DNA from: Bacteroidales bacterium
GTDB lineage: Bacteria; Bacteroidota; Bacteroidia; Bacteroidales; UBA7960
Length of the DNA stretch: 60,357 bases
Direction of reading: 5' to 3'
Assembly: GCA_003559735.1 (NCBI GenBank)
Contig: PWKN01000169.1
Span: 1 to 60,357, forward strand
Shown: positions 10,301 through 19,433 of the stretch, in pieces
Layout: each line of letters begins with the position of its first letter
How positions within the stretch are numbered: the first letter of the stretch is position 1
The notes under the pieces: model-generated
Seen by the model: the letters and a program-made list of their open reading frames with translations, nothing else
Database searches by the model: none
What the model was told of the DNA's origin: nothing
Made by a program: the position numbers and the translations under genes

Positions 10301-11513
10301 TGTTTTCCTTCCTGTTATAGACATTGATGCCGCCCCCATTGGTTCCTATCCAGAGGTTATTGTCATTATCTTCCGTAATGCTTAATACAAACGCATAATT
10401 TAGTCCGTACTCCTGACCTGGTATCCGGGTGATGTTTTTAAAAATATTGTTTTCCGACTGCAGGATGTTCAGGCCATTTTCGTAGGTCCCGATCCAGATA
10501 ATTCCGTTCCTGTCTTCATAAATGTATCTTGGAGCACTGCAACTCAGACTGAATGGGTCAAAATCAATGTTTGTATACGTATGAAATGTTTGCCGGTTTT
10601 TGTCGTATATGCATAATCCGGCGTTTGTCAGAATCCATATTCTTTGATGCTTGTCTTCAAACACCTGTGATACGGTGCGGTGAGGCAATACGATCTCTTT
10701 CCCGGTGTCAGTGGTATATCGTATTACCGATTGGTCGAACGGGTCGTGTTTATAAAGGCCCTGTTCCGATCCTATCCAAACGATACTGTTCCGGTCTTCA
10801 TAGATGTTGAACACCTTGTTGCCCTTCAGTGTATTGAGGCCATTCTCAATATGCTGTATTTCGGAAAGCCGTTGATTGTTTATATTGAACCTGAACACGC
10901 CATGATTGAGGGTGCCGACCCAGTGGTTCCCCTGGCGGTCGGAGGTTATATACGTAATTTCCTCCTCATTGATAACATGGTCGTCCAGCACGACTATTTT
11001 TTCAAACCGGTTCTCCTGCGGGTTATATTGATACAGTCCTGCAGCGGTACCGGCAAGGACCACGCCATTTGCATCCTTGTGGAGGGTTAGTGCCGGCCTG
11101 TTGTGGTGTTTTCCTGATTGTGTGGTCAGCGGGACGGGTGAAAAAACATCCAGGTCACTGTCATAGTAGTCTATGCCCTTTTTATGTCCCACCCAGAAGT
11201 TGTCTTCATTGTGGAGGCATATGGTGCTGATCTGGTTGTTCCTGAGGGTTTTTTTGTCTGAATAGGAGCTTTTGTAGTTCCTGATCGTCCGTCCGTTATA
11301 GCGATTCAAACCATCTTCTGTTCCGATCCAAATATAGCCGGTCGAATCCTGAAGAATACAACTTACGCTGCTGTTAGACAACCCATGGCTGACAGATACA
11401 TGCCTGAAACGCAGATCCTCCTGTCCGGCAAGGCACGTATGGATCAGCAGTGCCGCAATATGGAGTACCAGGACAGGAAATAGCAAACACCTGGGATTGT
11501 ATCTGTTGTTCAT
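7302..11513 (-). CDS. Hybrid two-component system (beta-propeller sensor, YYY, His kinase, receiver, AraC HTH)
   Basis: Repeated WIGT..GL propeller blades; YTNIPPGKYEF; TM helix; NVAHEFKTPLTLI (H-box); NLLGNAFKFT, DTGSGI, GIGLS; ISDIMMPEMSG; EIAYMVGFNNISYFNRCFRK. Start probably ATG 11513 (-7 box TAACTTTG at 11549-11556). Confidence 0.95.
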   Translation of the reverse strand: MNNRYNPRCLLFPVLVLHIAALLIHTCLAGQEDLRFRHVSVSHGLSNSSVSCILQDSTGYIWIGTEDGLNRYNGRTIRNYKSSYSDKKTLRNNQISTICLHNEDNFWVGHKKGIDYYDSDLDVFSPVPLTTQSGKHHNRPALTLHKDANGVVLAGTAAGLYQYNPQENRFEKIVVLDDHVINEEEITYITSDRQGNHWVGTLNHGVFRFNINNQRLSEIQHIENGLNTLKGNKVFNIYEDRNSIVWIGSEQGLYKHDPFDQSVIRYTTDTGKEIVLPHRTVSQVFEDKHQRIWILTNAGLCIYDKNRQTFHTYTNIDFDPFSLSCSAPRYIYEDRNGIIWIGTYENGLNILQSENNIFKNITRIPGQEYGLNYAFVLSITEDNDNNLWIGTNGGGINVYNRKENSFSYILPNSDVIGIRSDAINTLTFDNDGVLWIGTYLGGLTRYDPASETHKTYLNDAADSTSISSNIINHVYQDSSDNIWIATNNGLNLYNGQDDSFTVYNNTNSSLPYALTSVFPTVIMEDSKGKLWIGSYYGLNKLDPSTGIIQHFLYSESQNGLSDNSVFAILEDKENRIWVGTAMGLNLYNPSAGCFDVFTTTDGLPNNTINGIQEDSEGYIWISTNNGLSRMDPGSRSFINFDLNDGLHVIEFHKGASHKNKNGELFFGGNRGLITFDPADYHISEANHPVIIEEFYVNNLPATIDTEESPLKKPIRKTSYLKLNHNQSFFGFSFSALNYTSPEKDLYAYKLKGFDSQWIHIGDKTNANYTNIPPGKYEFVTKVKHNNDAVSYSDPIVIQVLPVFWKTRFAYTLYTLLVAALIYFLWNYFYSKTAYKHSLQIERLEKEKIIALNQSKFQFFTNVAHEFKTPLTLILSPIERLINSPEYRNNTELFHKTLKVVYRNTGRLSRLISQIMDIQKIDSGIINLQVSKYDIVYLVREVSENYSEYAVNHCIDYRLESAIDKVEVWIDQDKIEKTIFNLLGNAFKFTPDAGSITITIDRIQKGAIPGGNNKQLMCDEYVKISVADTGSGIAPDELSRIFTRFYQGKDHSKANRASSGIGLSIAREFIELHKGIIRAESTIQKGSTFTIYIPLGHKHFKNEDFVNINPRRNYDKLISKHISQYNEPIIAGQKKESGPTGSKILLAEDNAELKDFILDNLEDEYEVYEAKNGEEALKLAGTVFPNLIISDIMMPEMSGIELCRRIKSNIETCHIPVILITVLNSLENQIDGFESGADDYITKPFNMGLLEVKIRSILKNRMALISKFMMDPRLDIEKLGNNSIDKDFLAKANNIVEKNIDNYDFSIEDFCREIAMSRSRLHVKLKALTNQSCTEFIRMIRLKKAATYLYDEGYNVSEIAYMVGFNNISYFNRCFRKTFGKTPTEFQREKTKDPSPVSPGFKEN

Positions 11514-11601
11514 CGGGTTAAATGAAATGAGTTGAGCGCCATTGGTTACAAAGTTAACACCCCTTGCAGACAAAAGCAATAACTTTCGGGTCTCTCCTGT
11601 C

Positions 11602-14013
11602 TTATCGCTTTTCAAATTTTTGTGAAGCCGAAAACTGTGGCGTGTCCACTGTCAGGAGATACATACCCGGACGCAGATGCTGAATGTCGATGGCAACATT
11701 GTTGCCGGGCAACATGTTGTTGTATATGCCGGTTTTATGCAAGATGGTTTTGCCGCCAATATCAATTACCCGAATGGTATACTCAGATGGGCTGTTCAGC
11801 GACAATACGCAGGTGATCTTATGGCTGGCAGGGTTGGGGAACAGCACGAACCCTGTATTTTTTGCCCCGTGCTCATGGACGGATGTCGGGTCAAGAACAT
11901 GTATCATGAATGACTGTGTTGCTGATGCACCTGCGATGTCGGTAATCGTTACTTCCATGGTGTAATCACCAATATCGGAATAGGCCGGGGTGCCCGACAA
12001 TACCTTTGTTGATTCATTAAAGGTAAGCCATCCAGGGAGCGTACCTGTACCTTTTTCAACGACAGAAAAAAAAACCCTGTCGCCAGGGTCATCGTCGCCG
12101 GCAATGTTTGCAAGTGACAGAAGGAGGTCTGTTTCAGCACCAATGGTGATGTCGTCAATGGATTCAATAAAGTAAGGCGGTGTATTCTCGCCGGGTGTTG
12201 AAAATGCCTGGAATTGCCATAACGAAAAACCCCATTGGGTCCCCCTGCTGATACCCATCATGCGGATAAACCTTGTTTCAACCGGATCAAACAGAATCTT
12301 CTCCAGTCCGCCACGCCCATCGGCTTCTGTATACACATCGACCCATTCCTGGCCATCATCTGATACCTGAATGATGTATTCCTTTCCAAAAGCCACTTCC
12401 CAATCGAGCATTACCCGTTGGATGGTTTGTTTTTTTTCCAGTTCAACGGTGATCCATTGATTGTCGTTGTAGCTCGATGACCATCGGGTGTTGCTCAAGC
12501 CATCCACTGCATTTTGTGCCACTCGGTCTGGACTATCAAGTGATGATGCGCTTGCAAGCCTGTATAAAAGACGGTCCTCACTGCCGGGGTCCACAACAGA
12601 GACATAAAAACCGGTAGTTGCTGATTTACCCATGTTGTCGGTTGCACTGACAGTCACCTTTCCCATACCGGTTTGTCCCGGAATGACCGTTAACAAAAGC
12701 AGGCTGTCTGATTCGATGAAGGCGTGACAGATCTCTTCGTTCGTATTTCCTGTAACGGCATAGGATAGCTTTACGTCCTCGTGCGGACTTTCAAAAATGG
12801 TTGCCAGGTTTGTTACGGTCAATGGTTCTGTTTCTTCTTCTGACAAGCTGGTGATAAACCCTGGAATGTCTTCAATGACCGCGGGGGGGAAATGAAAAGT
12901 CTCGTCAGGGACAATGTCGATAATTGCCGGGTTCATATCTCTGATCATTTTCAATGCACTGGCACAGTCAGACAAGTCCCCATGCCCGTCGTGTCCTGAG
13001 TATGTCCACGACAATGCCCCGATATAGCCGTTTAAATAAGCATAAAGGTAGGCCTCTTCTGTGGTAAGGTCTTGTGCCGGTCTTCCGCTGAGGCCTTTGG
13101 CCGAGAATTCACCGATAAGGATGGGTTTGTCCAGTTCCCAGTGACCGGCAGGATTATGGAAGGGAGAGGTTGTTTCATCGAAATGTTCCGGATAAAAGTG
13201 TATCTGGTAAAAATCGAGCGTTCCCAGGCTGTCGCCTCCTGCGGCGATCAATTGTTGATCGCTGTAGTAGTTTGTCATCCCTCCGATATCGGTCATTACG
13301 CTAAAATTCCAGCTTCCGTTGGTCACCAGGGCATCGGGGGCTTCTCTGTGTATGGCTCCGGCTGTTAAATTGATGAACCGTTGCACATGTTTTATCTGTG
13401 TTCTTTCGGGAGTCCATCCAGCCCAGGGAATATCGTCGCACATCCCTTCAGGTTCATTAAAGATCTCCCATGCGAGAATGCCGGGGTGGTCTTTGAGTGC
13501 CCTGACCATTGGCACAAGGGCATAATCGATGTAGGCCCTTGTGTATTCGGGATTTTCGAGCAGCAATCTGTTCCTTGGCCAGTTGCTTTGCTGGGCATTG
13601 GGTTGAAGCATATCGAACGACCAAAGGCACAGGATGAGCAGCACCCCTCTTTCGTATGCTATATCCAATGCATGTTCAAGCATATGCAGATCGTCGGGGT
13701 GGAGGCCCGAAACCATATTGTCGGTAAATTCCGGACTATGACGGCCGTTTACGTGTATCCACCAGCGGAATGTGTTCCCCCCGGCTTCTGACAGTTCATC
13801 CATTGCGGTTGTAAACCTGCCTGTATCGAGGTTTCTCAGGTCATTTGCAAAGTCGATCCAGGCAAGGTTCATCCCGCTGACAAAGATCTCTTGTCCGCGA
13901 TGATTGATGGTTGCTGCTTCGGGTGGTTGTCCCAGCAGGGGATTAGCCAAAGGTGCAAACAGGATAAAGAACAAAAACTCAAAACGTACCCTGTATCTGG
14001 TGTTGATCGTCAT
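11602..14013 (-). CDS. GH5 (subfamily 10-like) endo-beta-1,4-mannanase + Ig-like + CBM32 + cadherin/Ig + T9SS CTD
   Basis: SGMNLAW, FRWWIH, WEIFNEPEG (acid/base), VTNGSWN, TLDFYQIHFY, KPILIGEF (nucleophile) match what I recall of mollusc-type GH5_10 mannanases; AVDG..TRWSS F5/8-type C module; FPNPA...GMYLL CTD. Confidence 0.85.
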   Translation of the reverse strand: MTINTRYRVRFEFLFFILFAPLANPLLGQPPEAATINHRGQEIFVSGMNLAWIDFANDLRNLDTGRFTTAMDELSEAGGNTFRWWIHVNGRHSPEFTDNMVSGLHPDDLHMLEHALDIAYERGVLLILCLWSFDMLQPNAQQSNWPRNRLLLENPEYTRAYIDYALVPMVRALKDHPGILAWEIFNEPEGMCDDIPWAGWTPERTQIKHVQRFINLTAGAIHREAPDALVTNGSWNFSVMTDIGGMTNYYSDQQLIAAGGDSLGTLDFYQIHFYPEHFDETTSPFHNPAGHWELDKPILIGEFSAKGLSGRPAQDLTTEEAYLYAYLNGYIGALSWTYSGHDGHGDLSDCASALKMIRDMNPAIIDIVPDETFHFPPAVIEDIPGFITSLSEEETEPLTVTNLATIFESPHEDVKLSYAVTGNTNEEICHAFIESDSLLLLTVIPGQTGMGKVTVSATDNMGKSATTGFYVSVVDPGSEDRLLYRLASASSLDSPDRVAQNAVDGLSNTRWSSSYNDNQWITVELEKKQTIQRVMLDWEVAFGKEYIIQVSDDGQEWVDVYTEADGRGGLEKILFDPVETRFIRMMGISRGTQWGFSLWQFQAFSTPGENTPPYFIESIDDITIGAETDLLLSLANIAGDDDPGDRVFFSVVEKGTGTLPGWLTFNESTKVLSGTPAYSDIGDYTMEVTITDIAGASATQSFMIHVLDPTSVHEHGAKNTGFVLFPNPASHKITCVLSLNSPSEYTIRVIDIGGKTILHKTGIYNNMLPGNNVAIDIQHLRPGMYLLTVDTPQFSASQKFEKR

Positions 14014-14055
14014 AATTTATTGTTTTTTATATTAATCATAATACATTCCGGCAAA

Positions 14056-14103
14056 TGAACCGGGCACGTGCGGGTTCACCGCAAGCAGCAGGTACCCGGT
14101 TCA
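14056..14103 (-). terminator. Strong stem-loop 3' of susD (stabiliser or partial terminator)
   Basis: Minus strand TGAACCGGGTAC...GTGCCCGGTTCA, 12-bp stem with one G-U pair, followed by TTT. Confidence 0.55.
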
Positions 14104-14117
14104 AAATGGTGCCTGGC

Positions 14118-15830
14118 TTATTGCCATGCGGGGTATTGTTCTAGGCCTCCGTTGCTTAGTTGTATTTCCCTGAGCGGGATTGGCCAGAATTCATGTTTTC
14201 CCCTGATAAAGCTGACTTCAAAGTCATCGCCCAGTGCAGCAAGGTTTATGCCGTTAATGAACTGGTGTGCCATATCAACCCTGACCAGGTCAAAGAAACG
14301 GTGTCCCTCGAGCGCAAGTTCGATTCTCCTTTCATGAATGATATCTTCCAGGGTAATGCTCGTAAGGTCGGCTGGATGTCCTGTGTCTCCCGACATCCGG
14401 GCCCTTTTTCTGACCATGTTCAGGTATTCCAGTGCTTTTCCTGTTTGTCCGGTTTGGTAAGCAGCCTCTGCAGCAAAAAGTACCACGTCGGCAAATCGTA
14501 TCAGTCTTATGTTCATTGGCCCTTCATTGTCGTTGGTCCGGACCGCCCAGTACTCATCGGTTGAACATTCATATTTTCTGCCGATCATTCCCGTTGGCAG
14601 ATTTATGAAGCTGATGGGGTACCAATTGTTGTCGACCATGATGGTGTCGCCTTCCTGTGCAATGGTTGTCTGGTAGCGTGGGTCCAGTTCAGGGTCAGCA
14701 GGGGCCGAGCTCAGGTTGGTGTAGCGGTTGTCGCGGTTTCCGAATGCATCTACGAGGTATTTTGTTGGGGCGTTAAAGCTCCATCCGCCAACATTGTCGG
14801 TGCCACCTCCCGGTAACTCATAGAACCTTGCTGTAGTATAGGTGGTAATATATGAACCCCGTGTCGCTGTCCACCCCCTGCCATCCATCACATTCTGGAT
14901 CTCAAACACCGATTCATCAGAATTGTCTGCCGAGAGGGTAAATATCCAGCGATAGCCACCTACATGGTTTATCGGGTCTCTCCATGAGTTAAAACGTTCG
15001 CCATTAATGCCCACCAGGTTGTATTCACCTGAGTTGATCACCTCTTCCGCATATTGAAGGGCAAGGTCCCAGTTTTCTTCACAGCCTGTAAAACGCTCAT
15101 CTCCCGGATAAAACCTGGCATAGGAAGATTCATAGATATAGGATTTTGCCAGTAAAGCCTGTGCTGCACCTTTGGATGCCCTGCCATAGTTTGGAGAGAG
15201 CTGGCTTTTATAGGGCAGGTGGGGTATTGCCTCAGTAAGGTCTTGTTGGATGAAATCATATACTTCCTTGACGGAGTTTCTTGGCGTTTCAAACATTTCC
15301 GGATCTACCAGTATGTCGGCTATCGGAACCCCGCCGTATATCTGGGCCAATATAAAATGAAAGAATGCCCGGAGGAATTTCATTTCGGCTTCCCGCTGGT
15401 CGAAAAGGGCAGGGCTGGTATGGGGGTCTAATTTTCTAACCTCATCTACCCTGTCAAGAAACTCGTTGGCCATGCGAATTCCTTTGTAGCAATAAGCCCA
15501 TATGGCATCAACCCCTGTTTCGTTCGCTGTATGGGTCATGCGGTCAAAACGTTGTATTTGCGGCCAGTCATTGATGTTTTCTCCCCCGGTTTCTGAGTCG
15601 TCGGCCGGAACACTGCCATAAGCGATCACATAGAATACGTCAAAAATGTCCCTGCTGCAAAGCATGGCATAGGCAGCCGTAGCTGTCATATCCAGGTCTG
15701 CGAAATTTTCATAAAAAGTTTCCTCTGTATCAAGGGCAATGGGAGAGAAATCAATGAATGAATCATCACAGCCATATCCTGCAATGAGGATCAATACAGT
15801 TGTGGTAAATATTTTGATTGTTGCTTTCAT
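14118..15830 (-). CDS. susD: SusD/RagB family surface glycan-binding lipoprotein
   Basis: Lipoprotein signal (GYGC), EMKFLRAFFHF, YGGVP, GRASKGAA, IRFADVVL, ERRIELALEGHRFFDLVR; directly downstream of susC. Confidence 0.95.
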   Translation of the reverse strand: MKATIKIFTTTVLILIAGYGCDDSFIDFSPIALDTEETFYENFADLDMTATAAYAMLCSRDIFDVFYVIAYGSVPADDSETGGENINDWPQIQRFDRMTHTANETGVDAIWAYCYKGIRMANEFLDRVDEVRKLDPHTSPALFDQREAEMKFLRAFFHFILAQIYGGVPIADILVDPEMFETPRNSVKEVYDFIQQDLTEAIPHLPYKSQLSPNYGRASKGAAQALLAKSYIYESSYARFYPGDERFTGCEENWDLALQYAEEVINSGEYNLVGINGERFNSWRDPINHVGGYRWIFTLSADNSDESVFEIQNVMDGRGWTATRGSYITTYTTARFYELPGGGTDNVGGWSFNAPTKYLVDAFGNRDNRYTNLSSAPADPELDPRYQTTIAQEGDTIMVDNNWYPISFINLPTGMIGRKYECSTDEYWAVRTNDNEGPMNIRLIRFADVVLFAAEAAYQTGQTGKALEYLNMVRKRARMSGDTGHPADLTSITLEDIIHERRIELALEGHRFFDLVRVDMAHQFINGINLAALGDDFEVSFIRGKHEFWPIPLREIQLSNGGLEQYPAWQ

Positions 15831-15849
15831 TTTTCCTGTTCTTTAAGTA

Positions 15850-18800
15850 TTAAAAATTAAGATTTACACCCATGGTATATACCCTGGCATTTGGATATGC
15901 AGCCTTGTCCAGACCCTGAACAAGAATATTGGTTGACCCGATATCAGGGTCATATCCTGAGTACCTTGTCAGGGTAAACAGGTTGGAAGCGCTGACATAG
16001 ATCCGTAGTCTTTGCAATCCGGCCCTGCTGGACCAGTTGTGTGGCAGGGTATATCCAACCTGCAGATTTCTCAGACGAAGATAGGAGCCATCTTCCATAT
16101 AAAAATCTGAGATCTTGGTGAAGTTTTCATTTGCGTTGCGCGGGTCGAGCCGCGGGTATTTCCCATCATGGTTTGCCTCAAACAACAGGTGGCCGTCCCT
16201 GTCGAAAATATCTTCACGGTAGTGGTTCTCAACATAATCGGCACTCCAGTTAAAACCGCCGTCGGTATTGAAGAGATAGAATTTGGAGGCATTGAAGATC
16301 TTATTTCCATATACTCCCTGCAGGAAGACAGAGAGGTCAAAGTTCCTGTACCTGGCCCCAAAGTTCAATCCGAAGATATATGGCGGATTGGGGTTTCCTA
16401 TCGGACCGATGTCGTCGCTGTCGATCCTTCCGTCGCCATTGATGTCGACAAACCGGAAATCGCCGGGTTGTGCGTTGGGTTGGGCATAGATCTTGTTTCC
16501 ATCTTCGTCAACGGTATACGGTTGGTTTGTTACAACCAGTCTTCCGTCAATGAGTTCTGCATCTTCGGGCTTGAAAATGCCGTTGGTGGCATATCCGTAA
16601 TATTCACCGATGGCTTGTCCCTGGATGGTCCAGGCAAGGAGTCCGCTCATCCCTTTTGAGCTTCCCTGGAAGATTGTGTCCGGACTGATCTCAACGGCCT
16701 TGGTTTGCACATAAGTAAAATTGAAGTTGATGTCATATGCAAACCGTCCCTGGGTATCTTTCCAGATTGCATTGAACTCGATCCCCCTGTTTTCTAGTTT
16801 TCCGATATTGGCTATCGGGTTGCTTGCTCCTCCTTCGTGGTAGGCGTCGCGTACCCTGAATCCAGCGTAACCTGGTGCTTCGACTGTCATCAGCATCCCG
16901 TCATTATATCTCTGGAAGAAATCGATGGTTGTAAGCAACCTGTTGTCAACGAACCCCAGGTCGAGTCCGATGTTGCTGGTCACCACCCCTTCCCATTTGA
17001 TGGCGGGATTGGACAGTACGTTTCGCGCTGCACCTACTGAGGCCGTCCTGTCATCAAAGTTGTACATATAGACATTGGCCAGTGCCACTGTTGAGAAATA
17101 GGCATAATCGGGAATGGCATTGTTGCCCACTTTACCCCAGCCATAACGTACTTTTCCAAACGACAGCCAAGGTACGATGTCGCGGACCAACTGAAAGTCG
17201 GTAAATTTTATTCCTGCCGAGAAAGAAGGAAATATCCCGGAACGGTTCCTGGGTCCGAATTTGGATGAGTAGTCTTTCCTGATGTTAAACTGACCGAGGA
17301 AGGTGGTACGATAGTCGTACGATACCCGGCCAAAGTATGAGTAACCCGCACTTTCACTGGCTGCGCCACTGGGCAGCTGAGCCAGCAGTGTGTCATTGGT
17401 GGAAGCATTAAAATACCACATTTCCGGGGTTGCATTGATCATGTCCCACCGGGTAGCACCCATCCACTCAGCTTTTCCGTACCCGGCTTCAAAACCGGCC
17501 ATCAAATGCACGTTGTGGTCATCAGCAATCGTCCTGTTGAAGTTACCGATGTGCTGCCATTGCCAGCCTTTGTAGTTGGATGAACTGCGGTGAATTTTCA
17601 GGTTGTCGTTCCTGTTGGAGGCAGTAATAAAATAAATGGGAGAAAAATCATATCCCTTTCCATAGTTCAGGTCGCCGGTAAAACGACTTTCGTAAGTGAG
17701 GCCTTCGAGCGGTTCTATGATGGCATAGGCTGTTGCTTTGATAGAAAGGTTTTCATTGCCCCTGTCAAGCAAGCTGTAATTGGCGACAGGGTTGCCGGTA
17801 TTGCCCAGTGGGGTGAATGTGAAGTTGTCGGAGCCGTCTGCCTTGAGCCTGGTAACGTAGGGGCCAATGCTGTCGGTAACCGGGACAAAGGGATGGTAGT
17901 TGATCGCTTCCATGATCGGTGTATGGTATTCGTTCAGCAATTGCCATTCCTCGTAGCCACTGTATTCGCGGTTGCTGACAGATAAATTCTGTCCCACCCT
18001 GAGCCAGTTATTGGCCTTATGATCTGAGTTCAGCCTGAGGTTGATGTTTTCATAGGCACTGTTGTACAGGATTCCCTCCTGTGCGGTGTATCCAACGCCT
18101 ACATAAAAGGTCGAGTTCTCATTCCCCCCCGAAATGCCAAGGTCATAGTTGTGCATCGGTGCCCTCCGGAAGATCTCTTTTTGGTAGTCATAGGTGGGGA
18201 CAGAAGCATAGTCGAAATAGGGTACGGAGTCATGAACGCCCGCCGGATCAGGTTTCCAGTGGAGGTAATCGTTAAAGTAATAGCGGCTGTAAGGCCTTCT
18301 CAGAATTGCCTGGTACTGGTTGTACATTTGCGCAAACTGTGGTCCGGAGGCAAGGTCAAGGTAGTTGCTGACTTCCTGGACACCAAAGCTGGCATTGAAT
18401 GACACCTCGGTAACTCCGGGCTTCCCCCTTTTTGTGGTGACCAGTATAACTCCGTTGGCTCCCTGGGCACCATATATGGCGGCTGTGGAGGCATCTTTAA
18501 GTATTTCGATCGACTCTACGTCGCTGGGGTTGACTGTTCGTGGATCGGCCGCGACCCCGTCAACGATCCACATCGGATCGGTCTGGTTAATGGAGGTGAT
18601 CCCCCTGATCCTCACATTTACGTTTGACCCGGGTGCACCTGTAACTGATTGTGCAAAGACTCCGGAAGCCCGTCCCTGCAGGGTTTGTTCAAGCCTGGAA
18701 ACAGGGATTGCTGTGATCTCTTCCTGGGAGATGCTGGCAACCGCACCGGTCAGATCGCTCTTTCGCTGAATGCCATAGCCGATCACGACTACTTCGTCGA

Positions 18801-19128
18801 GGGCGTGGACATCCTCGGCCAGCGATACGTTGATCACTGTTTCTTCGCCCACAGGTATTTGCTGCCTCTGGTATCCTACAAATGAAAAGACCAGCACCTC
18901 ACCTGGTGCAGCCTCTAAAAAGTATCTGCCTTCAAGATCGGTGATCGTCCCCCGGGTGGTTCCCGCTACCACCACATTAACACCAGGCAGTGTTATGTTG
19001 GTGCGGGAATCCGTTACCGTCCCCCTGATGGATCTTTCCTGGGCAAATGAGTAAAAACCACCCATAAAAAGAAAAAGCAGCGGCAAAATACTGCCTTTCA
19101 TGATGAATAGAATCTGATTTTTTTTCAT
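15850..19128 (-). CDS. susC: SusC/RagA family TonB-dependent transporter
   Basis: LDEVVVIGYG, DLTGAV, ILKDASTAAIYGAQGANGVILVTTKRG, EDGSYLRLRN, C-terminal Phe. Confidence 0.97.
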   Translation of the reverse strand: MKKNQILFIMKGSILPLLFLFMGGFYSFAQERSIRGTVTDSRTNITLPGVNVVVAGTTRGTITDLEGRYFLEAAPGEVLVFSFVGYQRQQIPVGEETVINVSLAEDVHALDEVVVIGYGIQRKSDLTGAVASISQEEITAIPVSRLEQTLQGRASGVFAQSVTGAPGSNVNVRIRGITSINQTDPMWIVDGVAADPRTVNPSDVESIEILKDASTAAIYGAQGANGVILVTTKRGKPGVTEVSFNASFGVQEVSNYLDLASGPQFAQMYNQYQAILRRPYSRYYFNDYLHWKPDPAGVHDSVPYFDYASVPTYDYQKEIFRRAPMHNYDLGISGGNENSTFYVGVGYTAQEGILYNSAYENINLRLNSDHKANNWLRVGQNLSVSNREYSGYEEWQLLNEYHTPIMEAINYHPFVPVTDSIGPYVTRLKADGSDNFTFTPLGNTGNPVANYSLLDRGNENLSIKATAYAIIEPLEGLTYESRFTGDLNYGKGYDFSPIYFITASNRNDNLKIHRSSSNYKGWQWQHIGNFNRTIADDHNVHLMAGFEAGYGKAEWMGATRWDMINATPEMWYFNASTNDTLLAQLPSGAASESAGYSYFGRVSYDYRTTFLGQFNIRKDYSSKFGPRNRSGIFPSFSAGIKFTDFQLVRDIVPWLSFGKVRYGWGKVGNNAIPDYAYFSTVALANVYMYNFDDRTASVGAARNVLSNPAIKWEGVVTSNIGLDLGFVDNRLLTTIDFFQRYNDGMLMTVEAPGYAGFRVRDAYHEGGASNPIANIGKLENRGIEFNAIWKDTQGRFAYDINFNFTYVQTKAVEISPDTIFQGSSKGMSGLLAWTIQGQAIGEYYGYATNGIFKPEDAELIDGRLVVTNQPYTVDEDGNKIYAQPNAQPGDFRFVDINGDGRIDSDDIGPIGNPNPPYIFGLNFGARYRNFDLSVFLQGVYGNKIFNASKFYLFNTDGGFNWSADYVENHYREDIFDRDGHLLFEANHDGKYPRLDPRNANENFTKISDFYMEDGSYLRLRNLQVGYTLPHNWSSRAGLQRLRIYVSASNLFTLTRYSGYDPDIGSTNILVQGLDKAAYPNARVYTMGVNLNF

Positions 19129-19288
19129 AATGTTACTGATTATTGATTTGGTTGATTAATTGCTGTTAACAGGAATAAGGCCGGAGTCCGCTTTTTTGTC
19201 TGGCTTTTTATTGCTGTGTTTCGTATGCTGTATAAAACAGGTGATGCCCATTCATGTTCCTGTTCATGCGTTCAGCTCAATTTTGGAA

Positions 19289-19350
19289 TAAAGCTAAGGC
19301 CTTCCGCTACAGCGTGGTTGCACAAATGTTTTAAAAGTTTATACAATTGT
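19289..19350 (-). promoter_or_regulatory. susC promoter with putative HTCS direct-repeat site
   Basis: -7 TAGCTTTA (19289-19296, minus); + strand ACAAATGT (19322) and ACAATTGT (19343), 21 bp apart. Confidence 0.6.
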
Positions 19351-19433
19351 TGTATGGTCTGTCTGGCCCGTGCAGGTAATAATTTCAAATATTTGCATTC
19401 AGCACATGTCGGGTTGTACGGTGCAGCGTGTGT

